Origin: Candidatus Methylacidiphilales bacterium
GTDB taxonomy: Bacteria > Verrucomicrobiota > Verrucomicrobiia > Methylacidiphilales > JAAUTS01
Direction: 5' to 3'
Length of the DNA stretch: 64,000 bases
Assembly (NCBI GenBank): GCA_038250235.1
Contig: JBBSCO010000007.1
Location: 1,477-65,476, forward strand
How positions within the stretch are numbered: the first letter of the stretch is position 1; each line of letters opens with the position of its first letter. The notes under the pieces were generated by a model. That model saw only the letters and a program-made list of their open reading frames with translations, ran no database searches and was not told where the DNA came from. Below, one piece after another: positions 9,520-18,255 of this stretch. The position numbers and the translations under genes are program-made.

Positions 9520-11109
9520 TCACATCAGGTTCGCGGCGACATCGGCCATTTCGCTGCGTTCGCCTTTGAAGAGATTGATATGGGCCATGAAATGTTGTCC
9601 CTGCAGTTTGCTGCGGGTGTAGACCAGCCCGTTGGTGTTGGCGTCAACGTAGGGATTATCGATTTGGGCCAGATCCCCGATGAGGATGAGTTTGCTTCCT
9701 TTACTCATGCGGGTGACCAGGGTTTTGGCCTCGTGGGGTGTCAATTGCTGGGCTTCGTCCACGATGAAGACTGAGTTCGGGATGGAGCGTCCGCGAATGT
9801 GGGCGATGGCTTCGATTTCCAGGGTTCCATTGGCCAGCAGGGGCTCGTAGGGGCGGAGGGCTTTCCCGCTGCCGTGGTTGAGAGCGTGGCCGTTGTCGCT
9901 GTGATGGCCGTTTCCGTTCAACAAGAGATCGGCTTTGCGGCCGCTTTGGCGTTTTCCATCGAATTGCTCGGGTTTTTTTGGTTTGGCCAGGAGGAGTTCC
10001 AAGGCGTCGTAGGCGGGCTGAACCCAAGGCTGCATTTTTTCCTCCTTGGAACCGGGCAGGAATCCGATATCCCGACCGGTGGGCATGATGACGCGCGTAA
10101 TGAGGAGCTTGTCGTAGTCGCCGTTTTGCACCTGTTGCAGGCCGCCTCCCACGCTGAGGAGTGTTTTGCCGGTTCCGGCTTTTCCGTAAACCGTGATCAG
10201 GCAGATGTTGGGGTCATAGAGAGCATCGAGGAGAAAGCGCTGGCCCAGGTTGGCTGCCTTGAAGCTGCGTCCGCCGCGGATGTTGACGACTTCCTGGCGC
10301 AACCGCACGAAAATGCCGTCGGCTTCATGACGGGCGGGAATCCCGTGGCTCAGGTCTTCTTTGTTGCGAAGAAGGACGTACTGGTTGGGATGGAATTTTT
10401 TACCTTCAGGTAAAACGATTGTTCCGCTGCTGGCAAAGGCCTGGATTTTGTGTCCAATAATGTCGAGGCACTCGTATTCTTCCGACTGGGCCTTTTTCTG
10501 GGTGCGGCGGATATCGGAATCTTCGACGTAATCTGTGCGGTAGTCCTGCGCGTCCAGACCCAGAGCCTTGGCCTTGAGCTGCATGTTGAGGTCTTTGGTG
10601 ACCAGGATGGTGGGAGGCGTCTGGGTGTCCGCTACATAGGCGGCGGTGGCCAGGATGCGGTTGTCTGCCAGTTCGAAATCCCGGAATAGATTGCGGAGTT
10701 TTTGAAAACGGGGGGAGTCGGAGGTGGTGAACCAGTGGCCGTTTTCGAAGCGGAGGGCCCGGTTGATGGCGACCTGGATGCGGCCCCCGTTGGGCAGGGC
10801 GACACCGGTCTGCATTTCTTTGGCACTTTTAAAAATTTCAGAAAGGCTGCGGTGGACTTCCCGGGCGTTGGCCCCCCGGGTGGTTGATTCCCCCTTGAAA
10901 CGATCCAACTCTTCCAGAACTTCCACCGGCAGCCAGACGGTGTTTTCTTCAAATTCAAAGATGGATCGTGGATCGTGGATGAGGACGTTGGTGTCGAGGA
11001 CGTATTGTTTGATCCTGGTATTGATCTTGGTTTTGAGTTTACGGCGTTTGACGGGAGTGGCGGCTTGAATCATGATAATCGTTTCTTTCCTCCAAAAGTT
11101 GACCGGCAT
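9520..11109 (-). CDS. PhoH-like ATPase with N-terminal PIN domain (YlaK type)
   Basis: The PIN motif is VLDTNVLIHDP...VLEELD. The P-loop is VYGKAGTGKTLL and the Walker B is FIVDEAQ. The PhoH C-terminal region is GDLAQIDNPYVD. The alternative start MIQAATP is 12 codons downstream. Confidence 0.8.
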   Translation of the reverse strand: MPVNFWRKETIIMIQAATPVKRRKLKTKINTRIKQYVLDTNVLIHDPRSIFEFEENTVWLPVEVLEELDRFKGESTTRGANAREVHRSLSEIFKSAKEMQTGVALPNGGRIQVAINRALRFENGHWFTTSDSPRFQKLRNLFRDFELADNRILATAAYVADTQTPPTILVTKDLNMQLKAKALGLDAQDYRTDYVEDSDIRRTQKKAQSEEYECLDIIGHKIQAFASSGTIVLPEGKKFHPNQYVLLRNKEDLSHGIPARHEADGIFVRLRQEVVNIRGGRSFKAANLGQRFLLDALYDPNICLITVYGKAGTGKTLLSVGGGLQQVQNGDYDKLLITRVIMPTGRDIGFLPGSKEEKMQPWVQPAYDALELLLAKPKKPEQFDGKRQSGRKADLLLNGNGHHSDNGHALNHGSGKALRPYEPLLANGTLEIEAIAHIRGRSIPNSVFIVDEAQQLTPHEAKTLVTRMSKGSKLILIGDLAQIDNPYVDANTNGLVYTRSKLQGQHFMAHINLFKGERSEMADVAANLM

Positions 11110-11307
11110 CCAAGAGATACTCGTATTCGCGTTTTTGTACAGATTAAAGATCTGTTTTTCATAAGTTGTTTTCTGAATGTGTCAATTAGAAGGCAGAGCT
11201 GTATAAAATCAAATGCCGTGCCGTGCCGTGCCCTGCAGGGGGACTGTTGATATCCTGCACCAAAGAGATTGTGGACGGACGCAGAATCCTCTTAGATCAC
11301 GGAACCC

Positions 11308-12759
11308 ATGGGTAAAAAAAGTGCCATTTTCTTTGTTGTTTTCACGGCAAGCTTCCTTCAACTGCTGCCAGGAAAATCTTTTCAGCCCCTGGAAGTCCCA
11401 GGTCAGACCTTTCGTCTGATCCCGGAATCGGAGCGTTCCCTGCACCGTCTGGTTGTCGGACTGGAGGCCAACTCGACCAAAGCCTATATGGTGCCGGGTG
11501 CGTGGGCTTCGACTCCTGAGAACAAGGAGCGGATCCGGCGATTGAGGCGGGAGTTGTACATGATCCAGTTTGAGCTGGTGCATGGAAACCTGTTGAAGGT
11601 GCTTCCCGGGCACACCAGACTTTTTGTGGCGGTTCCAGATCCGGAGTTTGTGGTGGAGTCGCGTGCCAACGAGGCCGAATTGTTCACGACCTATCTCAAA
11701 ACCCATGCTGGATGGAGTGAGGATCAGATCAAGAAGCGGGTGTCGTTTTTTGAAGTTCCTGAAGTCCTTCTTTTCCCACAGGACATGGCGGAAATTCTGG
11801 GCCGTGATGACAAGGGAAGGCTGGTTCTGGGGGTAGGGGAGGACGGGCCAGCAGTCTACAAGCAGGCGGCCATGAAGCTGGCCCAGGATTTCCCACAGGA
11901 TTTCCAGGTTCATGAAATTCCCAAACTCAACACGGAAGGTGGTGATATGGAGATTGTCTGGCGCCCGGATGGCACGATCGGCTTGATGGTCGGGCAGAAC
12001 CGTCTGAGGCGTTATCTGCAAAATAAGAAAAATCTTGTTCTTCAGGGACGGAAAATTCCTCCGGAGTGGATCAGTGAAGCCCTCAAAGGGTTTGGGGACG
12101 GTTTTTTCGGATTGCCGATCCAGGTTTTGGGAAGGAAGGAACTGGAGGATCCCCGATATATTTCCACCGAGGTTTTTCATATTGATATGGTCGTCAATAT
12201 CCTCCGGGGGAAGAATGGAGTGACCGGGTTTGTCCCTTCTTATGAAAAAGATCCCGTGGATGCCTACACCGAGCTGCCTTTGGGTGCGGATATCGTCAGG
12301 CGCGCCCAGCGTTTTTATGACGAGGTGGCCCAGGATCTCAAACAAAGCGGGTACAACATTGTCAGACTACCCTTCAGGGATCACCCCATCCGCAACCCGG
12401 TCAATGTGGGGAAATTTACGGACCCAGTTACCGGAAAGCCGACCATTTTCCTTGCCAAATTCCCCTATCACTATTCTACCGAAAAAAATAAGCCTTCCGT
12501 GCAGTCCGGGCTTCAGCAGATCATTTACGGAATGGAGGATGCCCTCGAACTCTGGAGGAAGGAGCCATCGGACGTGAACTGGAGCGGGTTGGAAAAGGCA
12601 ATGGAGGCTGTCTGGAAGGAGCTTGGAAAAGTGGAGTCGAGTGCGAATCCTATCTTTGATGCCCAGGCTCTTATCTACCGCGAGAACGGCATCAATGTCA
12701 TTCCTGTGATCAGTTATCCGAGCAGTGAAGGGGGCATCCATTGCCTGCTGCTCAAATAA
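11308..12759 (+). CDS. Secreted protein with guanidino-group-modifying-enzyme fold (agmatine/arginine deiminase or amidinotransferase superfamily)
   Basis: An N-terminal signal peptide is present (MGKKSAIFFVVFTASFLQLLPG). Motifs are NTEGGDMEIV, FHIDMVVNIL and a C-terminal SEGGIHCLLLK. The GG.HC cysteine at the extreme C-terminus is the usual nucleophile position in this superfamily. Confidence 0.5.
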   Translation: MGKKSAIFFVVFTASFLQLLPGKSFQPLEVPGQTFRLIPESERSLHRLVVGLEANSTKAYMVPGAWASTPENKERIRRLRRELYMIQFELVHGNLLKVLPGHTRLFVAVPDPEFVVESRANEAELFTTYLKTHAGWSEDQIKKRVSFFEVPEVLLFPQDMAEILGRDDKGRLVLGVGEDGPAVYKQAAMKLAQDFPQDFQVHEIPKLNTEGGDMEIVWRPDGTIGLMVGQNRLRRYLQNKKNLVLQGRKIPPEWISEALKGFGDGFFGLPIQVLGRKELEDPRYISTEVFHIDMVVNILRGKNGVTGFVPSYEKDPVDAYTELPLGADIVRRAQRFYDEVAQDLKQSGYNIVRLPFRDHPIRNPVNVGKFTDPVTGKPTIFLAKFPYHYSTEKNKPSVQSGLQQIIYGMEDALELWRKEPSDVNWSGLEKAMEAVWKELGKVESSANPIFDAQALIYRENGINVIPVISYPSSEGGIHCLLLK

Positions 12760-13546
12760 GTCCGGGGTTCTTCCCCATGCCATATCCCATATCCTCCATG
12801 GCCCGGGAATGATGCAGCCAGAACAGCACTTCATCTTCATCTGTCCAGGTCAGTGGTCTTTGCCAGACCGGCATGCGATTCTGCTCAAAAGCAGGACATG
12901 CGGCCATAATGTCAACGTGAATTTCTGTCCAATCTTTGGTGAGTGGCTGCGGAAGGTTCAGAAAGCAGGCCAGTTTCTCTACTAGTTCGTTGGAACCATT
13001 CAAAAGTTCTTCATAACGCATGATAAGCCGGGGTGCTTCGGGACGGGATTTCCACGCGAAGTAATGTTCCTGCCATGAACCGATGGCGTGTTCGCCCTGA
13101 ATCAACGACTTCAACGCCGGGACGTCGTTGGGATAATAACTGCGTGTATAGTCCGTAAAACTGCTCAGGCAGGAACGTCCGTCGCGGATGATATGGATGC
13201 ATGGGGAAGAATCCAGAGGAAGGTCATGGGTTTTGATCAGCGTGAGGGAGGGGGAGGCCATGGCCTTGGCATAAAAGTTCACCCAGGGTCCGGGGATGGC
13301 TTCTTGTTCCATGAAGGCCTTTTTTTGGGCGTTCCGGATCCCTTGGCCCAGGGCGACCCCATCCGGTTCATGAAGATTGAAGGTTCTCAGATCAAAAGCC
13401 GCGCGAAGGATAATGCGGAGGACGTCGCATCCGGATCTGGGATAGGAGGCAAGCCAGCAAATCATTTGGGGGGGAAGCTCTCTGCAATTGTAGAAAGGAA
13501 CATGCTTGGCATGGAACAATTCGAGGACTTCAAAGTCAAGGGCCAA
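12752..13546 (-). CDS. Sulfotransferase-family protein
   Basis: The 5'-PSB-like loop is ASYPRSG, followed by LIKTHDLP. The 3'-PB-like segment is IHIIRDGRSCLSSF, followed by GSWQEHYFAW and RYEELL..LVEKLACFLNLP. The 3' end overlaps the convergent gene by 8 nt. Confidence 0.6.
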   Translation of the reverse strand: MALDFEVLELFHAKHVPFYNCRELPPQMICWLASYPRSGCDVLRIILRAAFDLRTFNLHEPDGVALGQGIRNAQKKAFMEQEAIPGPWVNFYAKAMASPSLTLIKTHDLPLDSSPCIHIIRDGRSCLSSFTDYTRSYYPNDVPALKSLIQGEHAIGSWQEHYFAWKSRPEAPRLIMRYEELLNGSNELVEKLACFLNLPQPLTKDWTEIHVDIMAACPAFEQNRMPVWQRPLTWTDEDEVLFWLHHSRAMEDMGYGMGKNPGLI

Positions 13547-13576
13547 ACCGCCTGGTTTCGAAGGAAGGCATAGAAA

Positions 13577-15289
13577 TTATCTTGCGGTGTTTTCCAGGCC
13601 GTTGTTCAGCCATTGCCGTTCTTCCGGGAGCAGGTTGCCCGCAGAGGCCTTGGCAAAACAGGCTTGTGCTTCGGAAGGTTTTTGATCGGCTTTCAGGAGC
13701 AGGCCTTCGTAAAGGGCGACTCCGGGATCGTTGCGCTGCTCGATTGTCAGTCCGCCGATCACCTGTAACCCCTCTTTGATCCGGCCCTCCTGATAGAGGA
13801 AAAAGGCGTAGGTGGAGACGGATGCCGGGTGATGGGGATAGCTTTGATAAACCTGAAGGGCGAGGTCTCCGGCCCGTTTGCTGTCCTGACGCAGAAGAAG
13901 AGCCAGGAAGGCGTAGTTGTTTTTGGCAACCGGATCTTCCGGCATGGCCTGTAGCTTTTTGAAGGCAAGGAGGAGCAGTCCCTGCGTGTTTCCCTCACGG
14001 TGGAAGCGTTTCATTAGTTGATCCCAGGCCATTTGCCGGTAAGAAATGGAAATCTCGGAAAGGCGCCACCAGACCTGTTCCACTTCATCCTGCCATTGCC
14101 ACTTGTTCAGCAGTTGGGCAGCCATAATAAGATCAAGTGGATTGTCCCTGAATTTGATCCAGGCCGCATCCCATGCCGCAGACGATTCAGGACTTTGGCG
14201 TCCCCGCAGAGAGCGGACGAGAAAAAGACGGCGGGCAAAATCAAAATCTTTCCAGTCCGACTTATCCAGTTCCTTCGTCAGGATTTCCCATTGGGCATTA
14301 TCTACACGGATGTCAGCAGTGGCCATGCGGATGGGGAGGATGTCCTGTTCTTTTGCCGGAAGGGTCTGGACCCATACGAGAGACTCCGCACCTTTTCCTC
14401 TTTGACGCATCCAGTTCATCCAGATGGCGATATCCCGTGGATGGTTCTTCAGCCACTTTTTGGTTTTTACGAGGCTTTCCTGAAATGGTTGCGGTCCAAG
14501 CCGGCCGGACGCGTTCAACTGCCGCAGCCAGTCGTCGATACCCGCAGCCTCATTACGGCAGATGCGAACAGACCTCTGCCAGGCCTCATTCCATTCGCCA
14601 TGATGTAGGGAATCCTCCACCAGTGCGCGACTGGCATCAATCCCATAGAGCGTTGATTCTTCAAGCGTCTGCAGGTTTTGACGCGCGGCTTTGCGCGCTG
14701 CGGGATCCGGGGAGCCAAGGGCAAAGACGGAGGCATTGATGGAATACAGGGTATTCGTGGGGTCGAGCCGGAGGGCTTCGGTAAAATGCAGTTCGGCCTT
14801 TTTCCGTTGCCCTGTTTTTGCGGCAATGCCCGCCATGAGGGAGTGGTAGGCAGCGTTATTACGGTCTTGTTCCGGAATTTGCCCAAGGGCGTAGGAGGCC
14901 ATGTCGGAATTTCCGGAAACCAGAGCGGCCTTGGCCCACTTCAGATGGGTTTCTGTTTTGTCAGGTCTCAACTGCGCGGCCCGCAGGCGCCAGGCCAGGG
15001 TCTGGGGATTGCCGGCGGTTTCATTCAAATCAGCCAGGAGTTCAGCGGCCGGAAAATAATCGGGATCGGAGCGGTAGGCTTCAAGGGCCCAGAACATGGC
15101 CAGTGTGTTGGCGGGTGCGTTCTCTGCGCGGACCAGAAAAATCCGGGAGCGAGCGAAGTGATATAGGGATGAGGCTTCCGACAGGAGAAAAACCGCCAGG
15201 ACTACAACAAAGAGCCAAGCAACGGCTTTCCTTGAAAGCATCCAGGGTTGGGGAGCAGATTCCTGCACAAGGTCAGAGGCCGGCGTCAA
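13577..15289 (-). CDS. Membrane-anchored TPR-repeat protein (paralog of 51143-52816)
   Basis: The 570-aa product has an N-terminal transmembrane helix (VAWLFVVVLAVFLLS) followed by repeated TPR-like helices. It aligns by eye with the 557-aa protein at 51143-52816. The alternative start at 15241 would remove the 17-nt overlap with the upstream gene. Confidence 0.6.
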   Translation of the reverse strand: MTPASDLVQESAPQPWMLSRKAVAWLFVVVLAVFLLSEASSLYHFARSRIFLVRAENAPANTLAMFWALEAYRSDPDYFPAAELLADLNETAGNPQTLAWRLRAAQLRPDKTETHLKWAKAALVSGNSDMASYALGQIPEQDRNNAAYHSLMAGIAAKTGQRKKAELHFTEALRLDPTNTLYSINASVFALGSPDPAARKAARQNLQTLEESTLYGIDASRALVEDSLHHGEWNEAWQRSVRICRNEAAGIDDWLRQLNASGRLGPQPFQESLVKTKKWLKNHPRDIAIWMNWMRQRGKGAESLVWVQTLPAKEQDILPIRMATADIRVDNAQWEILTKELDKSDWKDFDFARRLFLVRSLRGRQSPESSAAWDAAWIKFRDNPLDLIMAAQLLNKWQWQDEVEQVWWRLSEISISYRQMAWDQLMKRFHREGNTQGLLLLAFKKLQAMPEDPVAKNNYAFLALLLRQDSKRAGDLALQVYQSYPHHPASVSTYAFFLYQEGRIKEGLQVIGGLTIEQRNDPGVALYEGLLLKADQKPSEAQACFAKASAGNLLPEERQWLNNGLENTAR

Positions 15290-15977
15290 AGGCCGGATCC
15301 GCCTTGCGGCGGCGGCGTTTGATCCAATGCCAAAAAGTCAGCCCAAGCACAAGGAAGGCGGCGGCATAGGTTGAGGGCTCGGGCACGACGATCAAAGAAA
15401 CATCGTCGACGTTGATGGGATCGGAGAGGTTGATTTGGAAACGATAGGTTCCGGGCCCGAAATAAATGGAGGTGGTGTCGTTCTGCACCACCCAGTTTTC
15501 GGGCATGACAGTCACGTTCGCACCGGTGTAAAGAACGGTGTTGCTTGTATTCAGAATGGCAAAGTTACTCGGTGTGGTGTTAGATCCGGTGTCGCGGCCG
15601 CCCCAGGCCACGCTGATTTCAAAAAAACCTCCCACGGTGGTGGTAAAATCCTGAAAGGCAAGGACGGGTGGATTGGGAAAAGAACCTATTCCGGTTCCGT
15701 CAAAAAATTGGCTCCCGCTGTGGGGCAGAAGGGTAAAGCCGCCCACGCCAGACGCACTGTTTATCTGGAGATTGGAGTAGGCTGACCCCAGCACGACTGT
15801 CCAATTGGGGGGGATGGTTCCCACGTTGTTGCCTGAGACGGTTCCGCTAACGGTTGTTTCGAAGCCACCGTTGACAATGAGGTTGGCTCTGGCCGAAGCC
15901 AGTCCGAAGAGGAAAATCAACACGATGGTAGAACGAAGGGACATAAATTTGTTTGATTTGAAAATCGTTTGGAACAA
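15273..15977 (-). CDS. PEP-CTERM sorting-domain protein with N-terminal ANLxVNGxFE jelly-roll-like domain
   Basis: The protein has a signal peptide and ANLIVNGGFE after the cleavage site. The C-terminus is VVPEPSTYAAAFLVLGLTFWHWIKRRRRK, that is, PEP motif, transmembrane helix and Arg-rich tail. Confidence 0.75.
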   Translation of the reverse strand: MFQTIFKSNKFMSLRSTIVLIFLFGLASARANLIVNGGFETTVSGTVSGNNVGTIPPNWTVVLGSAYSNLQINSASGVGGFTLLPHSGSQFFDGTGIGSFPNPPVLAFQDFTTTVGGFFEISVAWGGRDTGSNTTPSNFAILNTSNTVLYTGANVTVMPENWVVQNDTTSIYFGPGTYRFQINLSDPINVDDVSLIVVPEPSTYAAAFLVLGLTFWHWIKRRRRKADPAFDAGL

Positions 15978-16324
15978 TTTTTATCTTACAACAGCAAAGA
16001 AGCCTAGTCCAATCAAACCCGGGTCTTCCTTTCTTAACGGAGCCCGTGCCACCCAGTTGGTGGTTATCGAAGTAGGTCCGGATAATGTTGCAAGTTGCAG
16101 GATGTGAGTTGAGTCACCGTGCAGAAATTGCAGCGTGAATCAGGCGATAGTTCAGAGGGGGACGGCCAAAGCTCCAAGAAATATGTGAAGTTAGTAAATC
16201 CGATGATGTGATAGCGGGGTTCATCATCCACAATTAGGAAAGTCAGGCCGTTGCCGCTGGAAAGCTGGCTTTTTCCAACGAGGATATTCTCCGCGTTTGG
16301 TGAAATATTCCAGGCAGGCAGACT

Positions 16325-16596
16325 TACTAATAGATCCGTGGGATAGACTATAGTCGTTGAGTCTGTGGAAGTCGCAGGCAAGGCGCGACGAAGGAGCATG
16401 TCCAGCGGACCTGTGACTGGGAAGCAACGCAGCATGAGGGTTCCACAGGCTCAACCCGTAGGGCGGGGGGAGCTTTTGCCCCTGGCCGGTGTTGCTCCTC
16501 CCTCACAGCCCCCTGCGGGGATGCTCGCTCCCCGCGCCTTGGCCAGAAACAAAATCTCCCGCCGCGACTGTAGTCTATCCCACGGATCTATTAGTA
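16325..16596 (+). mobile_element. MITE-like element, copy 1 (268-bp core flanked by TA; about 32-bp terminal inverted repeats)
   Basis: The left end is TACTAATAGATCCGTGGGATAGACTATAGTCG. The right end is CGACTGTAGTCTATCCCACGGATCTATTAGTA, its near-perfect reverse complement. The interior is GC-rich with no credible ORF. A second copy at 19172-19443 is about 95% identical in the opposite orientation. Confidence 0.7.
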
Positions 16597-17532
16597 TGTC
16601 ACAAGGTGGAAGAGGTTTTTATCCACCCATTCGGGACTGATGTGACTTGGGTAAATGGCGAGGCGTTCAGAAAGGACACGGCCAACGGCGAGGGCGGAGT
16701 TTTCATAGTCAGAGACGGTAGACCACGGATTGAGAGGATTGACTTCGTCCCGGTTGAGCGAAATACCACCGAGATCATCGATATGGGGCAGGAGTTCCTG
16801 CCAAAAGGGGTTCAGGTTGGGGGGAATTTGAATCGGAACACCGGCCCCGATCTTTCTCCAATGGGAGATGAGTTCAAGGTAGTCGTCCAGGCAGATAGTC
16901 GGGAAAGGAAGACGTTCTCTTGATGCATTGTTAGGAATGTAGTTCTGGATAAGAATTTCCTGAAGCTGGCCGTGGCGTTGATGGCTTTCGGCCAGGGCAT
17001 CCAGGGAACGGATGCGGCTTTCCCTGGTTTCGCCCAGGCCGATGAGGATGCCGGAGGTGAAGGCGACCCGCGCATGGCCGGCGGCTTCCAAGGTTTTGAG
17101 GCGGCCCTGGCTTCTTTTTTCGGGGGCGATGTCGGGCAGGTCGTCGATATTTTCCAGCATGACACCCATGGAGACGTGGAAGGGACGGAGACGTTCGAGT
17201 TGATTCTGGTTGAGTGCACCGTAGTTGCCGTGGGGCAGGAGTCCGGCGTTCAGGGCTGCCCGAGCCACATGGATGGCAAAGCCGAGAAAGTCATCATGGC
17301 CACGTTTTCTGAGTTCTTCACGGATGTGGGGCAACTGTTCAGGGTTTTCGCCCGAGATGAGCAGTGCTTCCCGGGCTCCCTGGGTGCGGGCCTGGGAGAG
17401 AAGGTGGTGGAGGGATTCCTCGGACAGCAGTCCTTCGCGCTCCGTGCGAAAGCCGCAGTAGGCGCAGTGCCATGGACAGTCATGAGTCAAGGTCAGGGTG
17501 ATGGAGCGGGAGTAGCTGAGGGGCCTGATCAT
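16591..17532 (-). CDS. Radical SAM protein of the CofG/CofH/MqnC/MqnE subfamily (CofG-like)
   Basis: The CxxxCxxC cluster is in LTHDCPWHCAYCGF. Other motifs are LISGENPE and GLLPHGNYGALNQNQLERLRPFHVSMGVMLEN, which resemble FO-synthase CofG. The last two codons (Tyr, stop) lie inside MITE copy 1. Confidence 0.6.
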   Translation of the reverse strand: MIRPLSYSRSITLTLTHDCPWHCAYCGFRTEREGLLSEESLHHLLSQARTQGAREALLISGENPEQLPHIREELRKRGHDDFLGFAIHVARAALNAGLLPHGNYGALNQNQLERLRPFHVSMGVMLENIDDLPDIAPEKRSQGRLKTLEAAGHARVAFTSGILIGLGETRESRIRSLDALAESHQRHGQLQEILIQNYIPNNASRERLPFPTICLDDYLELISHWRKIGAGVPIQIPPNLNPFWQELLPHIDDLGGISLNRDEVNPLNPWSTVSDYENSALAVGRVLSERLAIYPSHISPEWVDKNLFHLVTY

Positions 17533-17612
17533 GAAGTAGAAGGGTGTTGAAGGTTAAGTCTTTTCAATTGTAAGATCAAACGCTAGTTGCTTAGGAGACT
17601 TTAAGCCTTTTT

Positions 17613-18251
17613 ATGAATTCCGCCCAAAAAGAAGCCCGCCCTTTTCTCATCATCGTGGGGGTTGTGACCCTGATTGCCGCCATCCTTTTCTGGTGGCTGG
17701 CCCTGCTGCCGGCCCTGTTATTTGTCTATGTGCTCTATTTTTTCCGTGATCCCGAGCGTGTCGTCTCTTCCGATCCTTTGGATATCGTGAGTCCTGCGGA
17801 CGGGAAAGTGATCGCGGTGGATGAGATTGAGGAAAACCACTTCTCCCGGCAGAAAATGAAGCGGGTGGCCGTGTTTCTTTCCGTTTTTGATGTGCATGTA
17901 AACCGCAGTCCGGTGGAGGGGAAAGTCCTGAAGGTGCATCACCAGGCGGGCGAGTTTCTGGATGCGCGAAATCCAGAAATTGATGTCAGGAATGAGGCCA
18001 TGAACTGGCTGCTTGAGACCTCCCGGGGACAGGTCATTGTGAGGCAGATTGCGGGATTGATTGCACGGCGTATTGTGGGGTGGTCGAAAGAGGGGGATGT
18101 GTTGGCCAAGGGGCATCGTTTTGGCATGATCCGTTTCGGGTCCAGAACGGATGTTTATCTTCCCCTGAATTGTGAGGTCTTGGTGAAGCTGGGGCAGCGC
18201 GTGGAAGGCGGGGCCTCGGTCATTGCGAAGTGGCCGCAAACCGGCGTATAA
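17613..18251 (+). CDS. psd: Phosphatidylserine decarboxylase proenzyme (short, Asd-type)
   Basis: The 212-aa product has N-terminal transmembrane segments and FFRDPER...SPADGKV. The self-cleavage region is FGMIRFGSRTDVYLP (G-S). Confidence 0.85.
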   Translation: MNSAQKEARPFLIIVGVVTLIAAILFWWLALLPALLFVYVLYFFRDPERVVSSDPLDIVSPADGKVIAVDEIEENHFSRQKMKRVAVFLSVFDVHVNRSPVEGKVLKVHHQAGEFLDARNPEIDVRNEAMNWLLETSRGQVIVRQIAGLIARRIVGWSKEGDVLAKGHRFGMIRFGSRTDVYLPLNCEVLVKLGQRVEGGASVIAKWPQTGV

Positions 18252-18255
18252 TCGT

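Noticed and set aside
11209-12345. A 378-aa minus-strand ORF.
   Set aside because: It is antisense to the 483-aa plus-strand ORF, which has a signal peptide and recognisable catalytic motifs. Its own translation shows no motif and has odd composition.
16064-16324. An open frame left of MITE copy 1 could be a displaced C-terminal extension of the cofG-like gene.
   Set aside because: After conceptual excision of the element plus one TA (270 nt), the cofG-like frame hits TAA immediately, and the left-flank ORF falls in a different frame.
16365-16640. ORFs run through the MITE copies (16365-16640 and 16224-16454, and also 19087-19332, 19152-19430 and 19263-19511).
   Set aside because: They lie inside a GC-rich repeat and are read on both strands in the two copies. 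Their translations are Arg/Pro/Gly-rich, and they are too short for a transposase.
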